From Lama glama (Eukaryota), in contig CM052832.1 of assembly GCA_028534125.1 (NCBI GenBank), positions 12,154,001 to 12,218,000 of the forward strand: a stretch of 64,000 bases of DNA. Reading direction: 5' to 3'. The notes below the pieces were generated by a model. It was not told the DNA's origin. It saw only the letters and a program-made list of their open reading frames with translations, and made no database searches. The position numbers were made by a program, and so were the translations under genes. Shown piece by piece: positions 1 through 12,987 of the stretch (position 1 is the stretch's first letter; the number at the start of each line of letters is the position of its first letter).

Positions 1-700
1 TAGTGTCTACAGTATTAGCATAGTCTGATTAGCTGTTTGTTGTTTTTGCTGACTGACTCACTGAGGCTTTTTTCCTCTTGTTTTTAATGATTCTTTTTAT
101 TATGGACTTATATTCCTTGGAAATTTTTTGTGGGAATTATTTGAGAACTACATGTAAGTTTGTTCCTCCAAGGATGACTCAGTTAGCTTATCTCTAACAC
201 TGAAGAGCAGTCTGCCAACCAAACATCATTTAAAACTTGATTTTTAATTTCAGGTTTTTCAGGCTACCTTGGTTGTATGGATTCTGGCCTGAAACCTGAA
301 TGAAAGTGAACTTACGCTTAGAAATTTTCAAAGGAATTTTTATCTTTTCTCTCTCTCTCTTCCTCTCTATATATGAATATATGAAAAAGAAGAAAAATAT
401 TTTTTTCTGTTCTACTGAGTCAAGTTCCAGTTAAAAAAAAGCTATCTTCTTTTATAAGACAGATTTTTTTTCTTTCTTCCTTTCTTCTTTCCTTTCTCTC
501 TCTCTCCCCCCTTCCTCTCTCTCCCCCCCACTTCCTTTCTTTCTCTCTCTACTGAAAGTGTCACCCTTTGTGAGATTGGGATTTGTTTGGGAGTCTCTGG
601 CTCAACATCTCACTGTGTTCAGACCCAGACTTTGTCTTCTTTCCCCATACACACATGTGGCCTGTTAAAATCCAAACTGCTCCTAGGGATCAGCAAATAA
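1..700 (-). mobile_element. Old, highly diverged L1/HAL1-like fragment with CT-rich low-complexity inserts (about 340-370 and 465-550)
   Basis: T-rich + strand with general resemblance to antisense old L1M 5' regions. Family not determined. Confidence 0.4.
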
Positions 701-708
701 CCTCAGGG

Positions 709-819
709 TAGGGTGATTGTATATCTTGGTATGCTGGGAAAAGTATGAGTTTGTTACAGCTGAATTATTTATACTACAAAAGTGTCCTGGTTTGGGCAAT
801 AAATTACATGATTACCCTG
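709..819 (-). mobile_element. hAT-Blackjack MITE, MER94-like
   Basis: Terminal inverted repeats TAGGGTGA...TTACCCTG. The reverse complement reads cagggtaatcatgtaatttattgcccaaaccaggacacttt, like the recalled MER94 consensus. Confidence 0.7.
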
Positions 820-3095
820 CCACAGGGCAAACGTCAGTTCTGTGACTTGCCCATCCTTGGGAATGGTTCTTTTTTTCTTTTTTTTTTTTAATTCTTGCCT
901 CCAGTTATTTTCTGTACTTTACTGCCAACTTAACCATGCTTCTAAAAGAATTAAAAAATACGTTTTATTCATCATCTTTAGATATTCATCATGAGGACAG
1001 GTTTCTCTACACTTACAGTCAGCTGTGTTACTGGAAAGGAAAGTCATGCCTTTATCTTTTAAAAGATCTTCTCTAAGAAATAATCTAAAGATTAACAACA
1101 ACTTAATATAATCCTTCCTTATACTACCCTATTGATTATATATTGTTTCATAGATTTAAAAATTTAGTAACTGTTAAAATGAAAAATTCTACATGTACTG
1201 TGTAGAAAATTAATGTTTTAGATCAACATGATTATGAAAAAAAAAAAGAAACATCTTTACAACCTTCTCAAATATTGTAAGTCGAAATTCCCAGGAGGGT
1301 CCGGAATTATTAAAGTGAGTGAGAGAGAGTTCTGAGTGAATCTAATAAAAGTGTGTGTATATATGTGTGCATGTTCTTAATTTGTATGAATCCAAGAATG
1401 AAATACATAGTAAAGTGAGAAACAGAAAACCAAAGCAGAGGTTAAATCTTGTTCCTCATTTGTAGATAATAGATTGCTTTGGCCTCGGCTGTAACAGTGG
1501 TATACTATCATTGGTTTCTGATATTCTTAAAAGGTGCCATAATAAGTAATGTCTGTCCCTTCATCCCTAGAGAGGATGATTTCATTCTGTTATGAGTAAT
1601 TGTTTCCAATGGAAACACGGGTACGAATCCCAGAGTAGCTTCCTTGCTGTGTCTGACATGGTTTCTTCTGAAAAGAGTGTATTAAGCAGCAGTATATAGT
1701 TACATACTAAAATGAGTCTTCTACAAAGGAGTAAGAAATCATTATGTAGAGTGTTTACTTTTCATTTATCTACACATCAAAACAGACTTGTAATAAGTTC
1801 AACCAAAAATTTATGTACTTTCTGAACAGAATAAGATGGTTATAAAAAATACATAGTAGATTCAAGTAAGTGAACCTGATGAAATATGAGACCTCATACA
1901 TCAACTCAAGAAACTGGTTTAGGTAATCCTAACTTTGTTCAAGAAACTTACCTCTGCCTTGGAGAGCAATCTTTGGTACAAGGCAGGGTGGGAGAGTGAG
2001 TGTCAGTGAGTAACATGATGCACTTAAGGAAATTATGACACACAGTATAGTCAGATGGCAGTCATTGTAATTCTGATTATCCAGTCTATCCAAGGTACTG
2101 GATAGCTTTTTATGATTATAACTACTCCAAGAAGGACAAATATAAGGTAATAAGCATATAGAGCTATTGAGTATCCAGAATGCATAGACTACGTAAAATG
2201 AATGATATCAAAATACATCAGCTTGTCTCCAATTTTCTTTGTACACAATGGCAATAAAATTTGATGTGTAGGATATTAGGAGGTTTCTTAGTGGTTAATG
2301 ATTTACATAATGATATCCCTTTTATCAGAGAGAGTTAACACAGATCTTGTTTCTGGATTTAGAATAATTTTGTTACAGCCTTCATTCTATTTAACTTAAA
2401 TGTCTATCTGCATACATTCCTTTATCATTTAAAGTGTGTATATTTTATACATTGACCTTCATACATGGTATTTATATTATATACATTGTAGGAAAGTTCT
2501 GACATTAAGGATAAATTTTCCTTCCTTTAACTTCATTCCTATTTCTCCTCAATTTCCTGTCTCCTAGAACACTAACAGATATTACCAAAAAAAAACCCCT
2601 CTTCATCCTTAGAATACCCTTTAACATTATTTGTGGAGAGCAGGTCCCTGTTGAGTCAGCCCCTGGCCAAACTCTACATGCTTCACTCTTTCAGTCTTTC
2701 TGCTTGAATCATTCTCTCTGAAATTTTCTTCACATGCATTGCTTTCCCTACATTTTCTTTATTTTGTATAACATCTAACTTCTGCTTTTTAAAAAACAAC
2801 TTTTCGTTTGTGGATTCCCATGCTCATTAAGCAGCATGGGATAATTTGGAGTTGGCTTTTTGTCCCCAGACCTTGGGTATGCTTTCTGGTTGTATTGAAC
2901 AAAAGGCATGAGATTGCAGGCGTGGCTTGAGTTTCCTGTCATAGTTATTTCTACACAGTTTTTTGGTCAGCTCAAGGTTAATTGCTTTGGGAAAGTTTTA
3001 GCTAAGTCCAAATTTACATTTTTAGTTGAGTAATAAACTGATGTCCAGCACATACAACTTCTATTTTAAAAGAGCTAGAATTGCTCACTATGCAC

Positions 3096-3097
<2 letters not shown>

Positions 3098-3128
<31 letters not shown>
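3098..3128. repeat. (TG)~15 microsatellite
   Basis: Directly visible perfect dinucleotide run. Confidence 0.97.
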
Positions 3129-3129
<1 letters not shown>

Positions 3130-6100
3130 TGTGTTCATCCCTAGCAACTCAAGCATGGCTGAATTTTTCAACTTGCCCTTCCTGCAGACCTTGTCTTCTT
3201 TTAAGAAGTCTGTTCAATAATTCAAATGGTTAAATTCCTCTGAGTAAGAAAAGGTCTAATATTGTTGCCAGAGTTCAAACATCTGGTAACCCTTTGTGTT
3301 ATGGTTAGCAGTGCTAGACAGCAATCTGGAAGACGTTTTTTCCAGCCTCAGCTCTGATTGTAGGTGCTTGCCAACTTCCCATCTTCTGTAGTTAACTGAT
3401 GCAGTGGTTAGCTTGAACTTGAACTTGCCTAGAAGACTGTAAACACTTTCACAGCACACACTTCCTAACTTTTTTCTAACTAAAACTTCTTAATGCCACC
3501 TCCTAGCACGATAGCATGTGTCTTATGAATGCTTAGTAAACATTTGATGCTAATAAAAAGCAGGATATCAGCAGTTCAGTTATCCAATAAGCCTTTCCAC
3601 AGTTCTTGTTGAACACAATTTTAACCAATTTATGTTTCATTATTAAATTGTCAGTGCTTTGCATTCTGAGAAGGAGCTCATGTGGACAACTCAAAAGCAT
3701 TCCATCTGTTAACTCTCCTGTACTTACCTGGTCCTGGCACATCTCTCCTCCTGACTTCTCCTTCAGTCTTGGTTTTATCAAGGGACTTAGAATTCCATAG
3801 ACAGAAAGAATATTGGGAAGTATTTCAGTCCATAGTTGTTCCCTAAAGGCAAGAACTTATGAACGACAGCTGTAAGCCTCTTTTTACTCCCTCAAATCTC
3901 AAATGATGGCTATCACATCCCAGCTGCTCCTGGAGCCTGCCTTGTGGTTTTTGGACATTGTGTTCCAAAGATCACTAAAATGTCACTGCTTACTCTGAAT
4001 CCCTTTCCTTGTCACTATAGTCAGGGGAAAAAAAGCCAGTGACACTTTTCTAAGACACAGGAGGTGTATCCATAGGTCTGTCAGTGCTTTCAGGGCCACA
4101 TAAAAGATACTGATTTCATGCTGATTTCTATGCAGGGTTAGTTCTCTTTGTATGGTTGGGTATACGTGTACGTGTTTGTGTTGTGTGTGTACATATATGC
4201 ACTGAGGAGGGTGATATCTGTGTGCATGCATGTATAACTTTTTTAAAAAATAATTTTAAATTAAAACATTAATTAGTTTGTTCATTCCGATGATTATGAC
4301 AAAAATGAAAAGTCTCAGGGAGACAGTTCTTTTATTAGGATACAGCAAGTTTAAATAATTTATTGGGTTTTAAAATAATGGTATTTATAATAATTTGTAC
4401 ATTTCTGAGTATCAGTAAATCTAGCTCAGAAAAGTACAGAATATCGCTTTTCCGTGCTATCTCCTCTTACCTTTGGGTAGTTTGAATGTTGGTATTCAAA
4501 AAGCTTATTTTTCAGAAAGATGCTAAGCATTGAAGCATGGAAGAGGTAAATGTTGCTTACTTTATTTTTTTCTCTAGTTTTGATTTTAAGTATTAACTTT
4601 TAGACCTGAATGTTAAACTGGTATTAACAACTTTGTATGTACTGCCCAACACTAAACATAGCAGAATGCTTTTCTGAAGTGCGTATTTTATGGTCTTATT
4701 ACAAAGGAAACAGTTACAGTAAGTTTCCTTCAACACCAATTGGATATTTAAATAATGTACTAAATAAAGTGGGAGATATGAGGATGATTTAATTGTGATT
4801 CCTCTATTCAGTGAACTTAAAACCTATTAATGTCCAAAGTTTAATCAGGAATTTTTCTCATTTTAGATTACTTTCAGTGGTTTGCAGGGAATTTATGGAA
4901 TCAGCAGAATGACACATTTGACCCTTGATCTCTTGTGGCTGTGTAGCTTCCTGAGGAAAGTAGACAGCAAGGACCAACACCATGGTCCTTGTCAAATGAT
5001 GATCTCTAAGTTCTTGGTGCTAGTCACCGCACAGATAGTCAGCAGCCCTTAAACTCAAAAGCTAATAGAAGGACCTAATTGTACCCCTCCTCCAAAGATA
5101 AAGAAATGCACACACATACACACACACGCGAGGCATCCAGGGAAACCTAGAGGGTGTGGTGGAGAGAAACACAGAGAAAGAAACAGGTAGAGAAGGAAGT
5201 CCAGCTTAAGGTTTTTGTAGAAGCTGACAGATCTTTGCTGTATTTGTTTTATGGCAAGAATAAGATGCTTTTGACTAGAGGGCAAGGCATTTGGATGTAT
5301 TACAGGTAGAAGGTGGTCGAAATCATGTCAGGTTTGGGAAAATTGCTGGAAGGAAGACTAGAAAGAGGCTCCTGTGGCCTGAGTGGAGGGGACATTGGAA
5401 AAAGTCAAGGAGTCTGAACAGCTCTTCTAGGAATTTCTACCGCTGGATGGGTGGGCCATGGTCAAGAACGTATCCCCTAAAAAAAAAGAAAACACATAGA
5501 GAAAATGATAAATTTGTTTTTCTTGAAAATACGGATGGAAAGGGTTTTATCCTGTTCTGCTTCATACTTTAAAGTTTTTTTTTTCTTCAAGGATCTGTAG
5601 ATTGATGATGGATCAGGCTTTTCTTCTAGCTGCTGTAGCCTATGTTTGATTTTTAGAAAATGGGTTATGTCAGTCCACACCAACCCACTAAAAGCTCAGC
5701 TCTCTGCTGCAGAAATAGCCTGAGGAAGTGACAAATTAGTGTACCTCATCATACTGTGATTAGGCTTAGTGTCTTTTAATAATGCGTGTGACTCCATGTG
5801 GGAAGAGAATAAACTGGCAGTTTATACAAAGATACAATTTCCCAGGGATTTTGGTGATATTTAAATTTTAATCACTTTAGATTTGGGGTTATGGGTGAGC
5901 CGAAGATAAGGCTGAATATCTGTCACTCAAGGCCCAGAGACGCTTGTCTCATTGTTGTGGCTGCTGGCCCAAGAGATGCTGAATTGTGTGCACTGCATTT
6001 TCCTGAGGGATTCTCAGGGGAGGACATCTAATTGAACCTACTTCTTTCATATTGAAGTGTTGTGATTTGTTGCTGTTGTTCATCTGTGGATAAAATTGTC

Positions 6101-7849
6101 TTCTGTTTTTATCTGGGTCATCCAAAACTATATACAAATCTCCCCTTCAGTTTCATAAAAATTAGAAATAGACATTGAGGCCATAAAAGGTATAGGAATT
6201 TTAAAATTTTATTAATTTTCCCAATTGTGATCACAGGTAAAATACTAATATAACAGTTTGGAGACGTGAAAGATGATCAGGCACATCATACTTACTGGAT
6301 TCACTGTGAGTGCATACCTCATTTTGTGAGCTAACCTTGTTTACATTATTTTCAGTGTGCTGGTGTTCAGATTACACAAAGACTGGGAAGCTGAGAGATT
6401 TATTATTTACAGAAGGTGGACAGTAGAGTCTATTGCTTTAGGAAAACACACAGCTCAGAGCTGCAGCCTGTCCAACATTAATGAATCATGGCGTTGGCCG
6501 TGACCTTGAGAAGTCATCCATCTCATTCACCCCATGTTTCTGCACAGATCTGTGTCTCACAAACACCTCTGGGCAGAACAAGCCTGCCTGCCACGTGCTG
6601 GATAAGATACTGGGAAGGAGGGCCTATAGTCTCCCCCATTCCTCCTGGCCGGTGATCATCTGGTTATCCTCAGTAGTCTTAGCATCCATCACAGCCACAC
6701 TGGGCTGATTTTATTCATTGCTGCCTGATTATTGGAACACCTTCAGAGTTTAAAATTTTCTGTCGTTTGGAGAGAAAGCCAAAGTTAAACCCTAACAAAA
6801 TAAAAGGTCTCATCTGTGCACAATACGTGGAATGGTAAATTGTCCCAGACAGACTGGATCGCCTTTCAGTAAACTAATACTGCTGAGATCCATTAAAGCA
6901 GTGGGGGGCTGCCAAGTACACACATCCTAGACTCATCAACTTGTTTTTTTGCTGACCACTCAGTCAGTCAGCAAGACCAATGCGATAAGTCCTGGATGAT
7001 AAACATGGTTCTCTTGCAGAGACAAAATGAATCACAACAGAGAAGAAAAAATGTTTCAGACGAGAAAAATAAATGCCAGGAGCAAGGTCCTTTTAGATTA
7101 GAGCAAGTCCTTTCAGATCCAAGAGAGTCTCATTTTCCATATGGAAACGTGGGCGTGGGGGCATTTTAAAAATGTCCCACACCAGGCCCTTAGCCTCAGA
7201 CACCTGAAAGTCTGCAGAACATCTCCAGGGAAACTTGTGACTGTGGCATGTTAAGGGCAAATTTCAGTACTTGTTTAATAGAATGGAGACATTTGTTGCA
7301 ATGAAATGCAGATCTGCTGTTAGTGTGAATTTATTGTGCTGCTATAGCATCTTTATTATTTCCTATAAAATACAATCTGATTTAAAAATAACTATGACAC
7401 TTACAAGGTTGAATCTGATGGGATGTCCACTGCAGATGAATAGCCCTGTAAATAATTTATGTCTTTTGTCACTTATGTGTGGATTCTCTTAGACCTACAG
7501 TAATTAACAATAAGTTCTGGAGTAAACTAGAAAGTGAAGCTACCAAAAAGTCATGTAGGTTAGTGAGTTCTTTTGATTCTTTAAAATAATTCTATAGTAA
7601 CAACTGTGGGAAGGAAGCCAATGTTTTTCCAGGTCTGATTAATAGCTGATTTAATTCATAAGCCTTAAAGCCCAAAGCAAAGATTCATTTGTTTTCAATT
7701 CTGTTTTATGTTTTTTTGAGCACTGAAGCTTGGATAGTTTATTTAAATGAGGTACATTTATGACTTTTAATATGATCGCCCTCCCATTTACACAGAAAGT
7801 AATATATTCAAAGAGGCAAGATGAGTGAGTAGTACTGGCTATGAAACAA

Positions 7850-8360
7850 AAAGGGTGGCCTGGATTCCATACTGGGTGTCGGTTCTCTGCTAACGCTGAC
7901 ATAGTCAAGTCCCTTGGATTGCAGGGAATGGACATCTACTCAGACTGGCTGAAATAAACTGGGAATTTATAATCAGGATACGAGAAGGGTTGCTGATGGG
8001 ACCAAGGAAGGAAATGTGGTCAGGCCTCATTAGAGACCAAAATAGGTCCTGGAAAGTGGTCATGAGCTGATGTTATCTTTGCTGTCCTCTTAGAGATGCA
8101 CAGTCCTCTGTCTCACCACTGCTTCTGTCTATAGATAGACTTTCTCTTCTTCAGCGAGAATATGTCACCAACCGTGGTTGCCTTGATTTCAGATTTAAAT
8201 TACTTCCCAACTCAAGAAATACTAACCAGCTAGCTAGAACACTGATGCCAATTCCAAATTCCTGGAAATAGAATCTAATTGGCTCAGCTTCTCAGGTGAC
8301 CAAAGAGTATGGCCAAGAGGACAGGGTAGTTCAGTACCAGAAGGGCACTAGGGCAAAAGC
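7850..8360. mobile_element. ERVL solo LTR fragment, LTR33-like
   Basis: ccaaattcctggaaatagaatctaattggctcagctt...ggtgaccaaagagtatggccaagagg resembles the recalled LTR33 motif. Boundaries approximate. Confidence 0.45.
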
Positions 8361-8769
8361 CCCAGTTTTGCCTAATATATTTCTTGCTATCCCGCTTCCC
8401 TTACCTGCCTCTCTTTTTCTGTGGGTATGGTAATACTCACATTTTTAGACCAGTTACTTCCCAAGGTGCAGAAGGGAAGAAAAGGTACTGAAGATGTTTC
8501 AGGCAGAGGAAATGGTAGGAATGAGAAGCTGCACAATGTGCTGAATGAGATGCATCCAGTTGATCGTAGTCAAGCATCAAGTGAGGAGTGGAAATGGCAT
8601 GGAAATGAAACTTGAGGAGCAAGTGACTTGGAGACTCTGTTAGGAATCTAGGGCTTTATCCTGAAGGTCATGTGTGCTTAAGGAATGAATTGGGATTCAA
8701 GAATACTTAGAATGTTGTTAGAAGGATAAGAATATATGCAGCCACCCCAGGAGAGCGTGCAGAGAAGGG

Positions 8770-8935
8770 GTGTTTAGGCTGGGGTCCATGAATAGGCTCC
8801 AGGGATTCTAATGAATGCTCTAATTGTGTATAAAATTTTGTATGTATGTTTTGTGGGTGGGGATGAGGAAAGGGTCTGTAGCTTTCATCAGATTCTAAAA
8901 CGGATCCATGAATCAAAAGTGGTTAAGGAGCTTCG
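8770..8935. mobile_element. hAT-Charlie MITE, MER103C-like
   Basis: ggggtccatgaataggctccaggg...gtagctttcatcagattctaaaacggatccatgaatcaaaagtggttaagga matches the recalled MER103 end. Confidence 0.65.
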
Positions 8936-8962
8936 GTGCTGAGCATGCATTCTGAAAGAGGG

Positions 8963-9168
8963 CAGTATTTTCCCCTAGGGTGAAAACTGATTTTTAGAGG
9001 GCAAAAAAGAAATCTCACTCTTTTTATGTGTAAAGTGCAGATATGTGTACAGTATATAAACATATACTGTATGTCTGTGGTATTAAAATTCACAGGAGCA
9101 ATAAGAAAGAAAATGTCTTAAAGGGCTCCTTAGGAAGGTGATAATGGATGAAAGGGTGCAGAACAGTG
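8963..9168. mobile_element. hAT-Charlie MITE (MER112-like; exact family uncertain)
   Basis: CAGT-type terminus and an internal imperfect palindrome (tacagtatataaacatatactgta), followed by tgtggtattaaaattca and ggctccttagg motifs. Confidence 0.55.
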
Positions 9169-11699
9169 GTGTGGTTTGAGAGGAGCCATAGGTTCTCATC
9201 TTTTTTTACTCTCAGCATCTAAAAGCTGAGGACAAAAAGAATCTATAGTTTTTATTGCTGACAGCAGTACTACTGTACCATACCTTTTCCTCCTTTCTAT
9301 TATCGCATCACCATCACCACCACCACACACACATCCAATGTATACCTTCTGAAAAGTTACATTTCAGTGCGCTAAGTTTACTAAGCATACAGGGGATAAA
9401 GGGAAAACATTGCATTTTTCAGAAAGGGGTCTTTTTTTTTCCATTTCTGGTACAGCACTCCTTAAAGATAATGTACATAATAACTGTGACAACTATCTAA
9501 TGTTAGGAGCACATTTAAAAACCAGTCTTTCACACAATAGATATGGCTACTAACCCTGACTGCTGACTGAGACAGTACCATTTGTGGTCTGGGATTGCTA
9601 GAAACTTCCAAGAATTATACTCTCTTAGGCCTTTTCTCTACCTCTACTTCAATAGCTAATAATTTTCTCCACTGAATGAATATCTGTTGAGCCCTCACTG
9701 TGTACGTGACACCAGATCTAAATGTTGAGTAGTTTTACAGAATTGAAAGAGGACCTTGTACCCTCTTTGAGGAGCTTGCCTTCCTCTAAAAAAATAAAAG
9801 CAGCAGTTCATTTCAGAGACAAGCCACTGCCACAGTGTAATGTCAGAAATCACATTCTGAGTCCCTCCTTTTCAAGAAAACCTAAGTGACTGTAAAGTAT
9901 CAAGAGGCTGCCACTTCACTATGTAAGATACTATGTACATTCCTAATCTTAATTCTTATATGAGTTGCTTATTAAAAAAAGATGGTCAAATTAACCAAAT
10001 TTCACTAACCATCTCATTTATTTTAAGATAAATTATTGGCCACCCTTGAGGCCAGAGCTGAGAGCAGCAAGTTTTGGAAGGGGAAAGCAAAATCAGTGGG
10101 TTTCTGGCCACTGTGGTTCATTAAGTCAGAAATCATTTATCTGCATTAACTCTTGTTCTAAAGTGTTCATATTTTTAAACATACGTGGGTGAAGGTTTTC
10201 ATAGAGTGTCTGCTTTGTGCACCTCAAGAAAAACAACTGGGCCCTCTGAACCTGTTCATCTTGAAGTCTTATTACTGAAAATGGAGCTCTTATCAGCCAG
10301 GACAGTGAGAGCATGCTGCCTGTGCTCACCTTACCAACGACCAGACGCAGTGAGACTGTGATACAACGGCACGGGACACATAGGACCCTGCTCATGTATC
10401 ACTGGGAGGAAGGGTCATTCTTCCTGTCACTCCTAGTGAATAGTTACAACGCTGAGTCTTTTTTTTTTTAATTTTTCATTCTTCCAAAAAAGGCCCATAA
10501 GATAAATCACCATTATATTTATCATTCTTTTCCACTTTTTTAAATTGGGATTCATCACAATTGTATGCTTGAAACTATTTAGGAACATTTCAATGTTTAG
10601 CAGCTTCCAAAATATTTTATTTTAAATCCATCCTTTGGTTTAAATTCATAAACTAATCATTCTGTCTTTTTTAAGGGCCTCTGCTTTACATATACTCTGC
10701 AGTTCTGCCCTGTAATGAAGTGTATAGTATATTCATGCTTTATCTGACATGCTTTGGGGACAGCTCTCCTTTTCAGAACCTGCTTTTTGTGTCAGCTGAC
10801 TGGCACCATAGTGCTGGGGAAATGAAGTGGTTCCTTGGTGACTCCCGATACCTGTCGGAATTAATCTGTAGACAGGAAAAGGTTTTCCTTGAAAAGATGC
10901 TGAAGGAAACTGCCAAGCAATGTCTGCATGTCATTCCAAGGATACACTTACTGCCACGATGGAGGCAAGGAAGAGGGATGCTTATTTTGCAAATTAAAGT
11001 TGTGAGCCTCTTTTTTTGACAAGTGAGAATAAGTTAAAAAAAAATTAACTTTTAATTTTTTTTACATTTTGGTAAATCAGATCTATCCACGTATGAAGCA
11101 AGTCCTCTTCTTTTAATTCTGAAGAACTAAAGCTGGCATTTTCTCACCCTTAAGCACTAGAGAACTATATCCCTTAAGGAAGCAAAGATGAAAATCAAAT
11201 TTCAACCTAACCTCTTCCTGTTGAGTGAGAGGTCTCCAGTTAATGTTGAAATGAAAATCTCTGTTTTCTGTTGTTTCTTCTGAACCTTGTTTCTGGAAAC
11301 TAGCAGTTGTCTAATTTGTGAGCAGTCTTTTCTTCCATTTTTAAAAGCAGAAATTATTTTTTAATAATTTGTCTAAAATTATTCATTAAGGAACAGACAG
11401 AAATGTTACTTTTGGGCTGGCTCAGCCTTTGGGGATTGGTTCATCAGTTGCAGTAGCCTGTTACTCCTGCTAGTTGGATGGCATGAGCAGAAGGGTGTCA
11501 GAGTTTCACCTCTTGTTTTAGTTCTGTTCCCAAAGCTATGCAAATTAGCCCCCAGGTCTATGGCCTGCATAGGACTTATGGACAAAATGCAAGTTTAAGT
11601 TAAAAAAAAAAAAAGGAAACTTGTGACTCAGCAGCCATCACTGTTCTGTGCTGGCCAAGCAGTGAAACATAGCCTTTGTGTTCAGCCTTCCTCAAAGCA

Positions 11700-11886
11700 T
11701 AGCTCTTTACTTCCCAGCTTGTGAACTTAAGCAAGTTAGTTAAACACTACAACTGTGCCTCAGGTACTCATCTGGGAATAGTGATGGTGCCTACCTCATC
11801 AGTCATGAGGATTTGCTGAGTTAAAATGGGTTAAGTGCCTAATATAGTGCCCAGCATAGACTCAGTGCTCAGTAATGTTAACTGCT
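11700..11886 (+). mobile_element. MIR SINE
   Basis: MIR core: tgtgaacttaagcaagttagttaa...tgtgcctcaggtactcatctg...gtgcctacctcat...gtgcccagcatagactcagtgctcagtaatgtta. Confidence 0.8.
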
Positions 11887-12214
11887 TGCTTTTTTCCCCC
11901 TCTTTGTCATAATTATACTGTTAGTATTATGAGCATTTGACATTAGCCTTGATGTTCTAAGTGTTACACTTTAGCACAGTCCTGAAAACACCTTTGGAGG
12001 CTGGATTGTTCGGTCTCCCTCAATGTCTGTTGTCGTAGGATTTCATCTTCCTGGGGCCTAATTCATTTACACAAAACTGGTACCTTACTGAATGATTTTG
12101 AGGATTCTTTGGGAGAAGTCGTAGAATAGAGAGAATCCATCACTTCTCCAGATCCATGGGACCTTGTCTTATTCATTAACCTATTTGGCTTAGTTTTTTT
12201 CCCAGTCTGTGTTA

Positions 12215-12330
12215 TGTCAGTATTTTCATTTTATCCTGTTAGGAGAGCTGAAAATAAGTAAGGTTAAAGGATTTACTCTAGGTTACCTTGGTTTGGTAGC
12301 AGAACTAGGAACAAAACTGTCTTGACTGCT
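12215..12330 (-). mobile_element. MIR fragment
   Basis: ttttcattttat...gaggagagctga-like segment, aggttaaaggatttactctaggttac...agcagaactagga. Confidence 0.5.
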
Positions 12331-12880
12331 ATTCGTGGATGTGATTTATTACATAAAGTCCTTCTACAGCTAAGGTTACGTATGTCTTATATGTTAGCTG
12401 TCAAGGTCAGTCAAGGAGTACTGCAAAGTTTTTTATCTTGTGGGCTGAATTGCTTAAATGTTAATTCTAAATATTTTATCATAAATATTTAAAGCAAATA
12501 AATTTCCTCTTAATCATAAAGCAACAACTCTTGTTAGTCTGAAAGCATTTGCATGAAAAATTACACATCACTTTAATGTATTTTCTGTCTGATTTTGTGT
12601 CCATATAAAAATAACAAACCACAGATGCGTGATGACATCATCATCACTGAACCAAAGAAGGAAGAAAAGGAAATTATTTTGTAAGCTGAAGATATAAACT
12701 CTTCCTTGTCAGGTTGTCAGTGCTTTTCTCTATTTTTAGGAGGGAGTTCCTGTGTGTAGAATCAGCTTGCAAGATCAAGGACAGTTGACACTCATTCCCA
12801 CAAAATGAGTCCAAAATTTAAACACAGTGTCCTCCAAATGTCCCTTGGCACCAGTGAATGCTATTTTTTTTTTAATGCTA

Positions 12881-12987
12881 CATTAGGTTCTCTAGTTCAT
12901 CCCACTCAGCTCCATTGCATTTTCTCTAATGTTGTGTCCAATTTTAAATGATTTGAGTGATGGGCCTTCTATCTTTTACCTGGCCAG
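12881..12987 (-). mobile_element. Ancient CR1/L3 LINE 3'-end fragment (Plat_L3-like)
   Basis: The reverse complement gatagaaggcccatcactcaaatcatttaaaattggacacaacattagagaaaat...gggatgaactagagaacctaa resembles the recalled CR1 3' terminus. Confidence 0.45.

Noticed and set aside
7080..7120. Short imperfect tandem repeat GAGCAAG(G)TCCTTTYAGAT x2
   Set aside because: Ordinary small slippage duplication with no further structure.
9255..9500. ORF containing a poly-His run
   Set aside because: Product of a short (CAC/CAT)n simple repeat at about 9306-9330.
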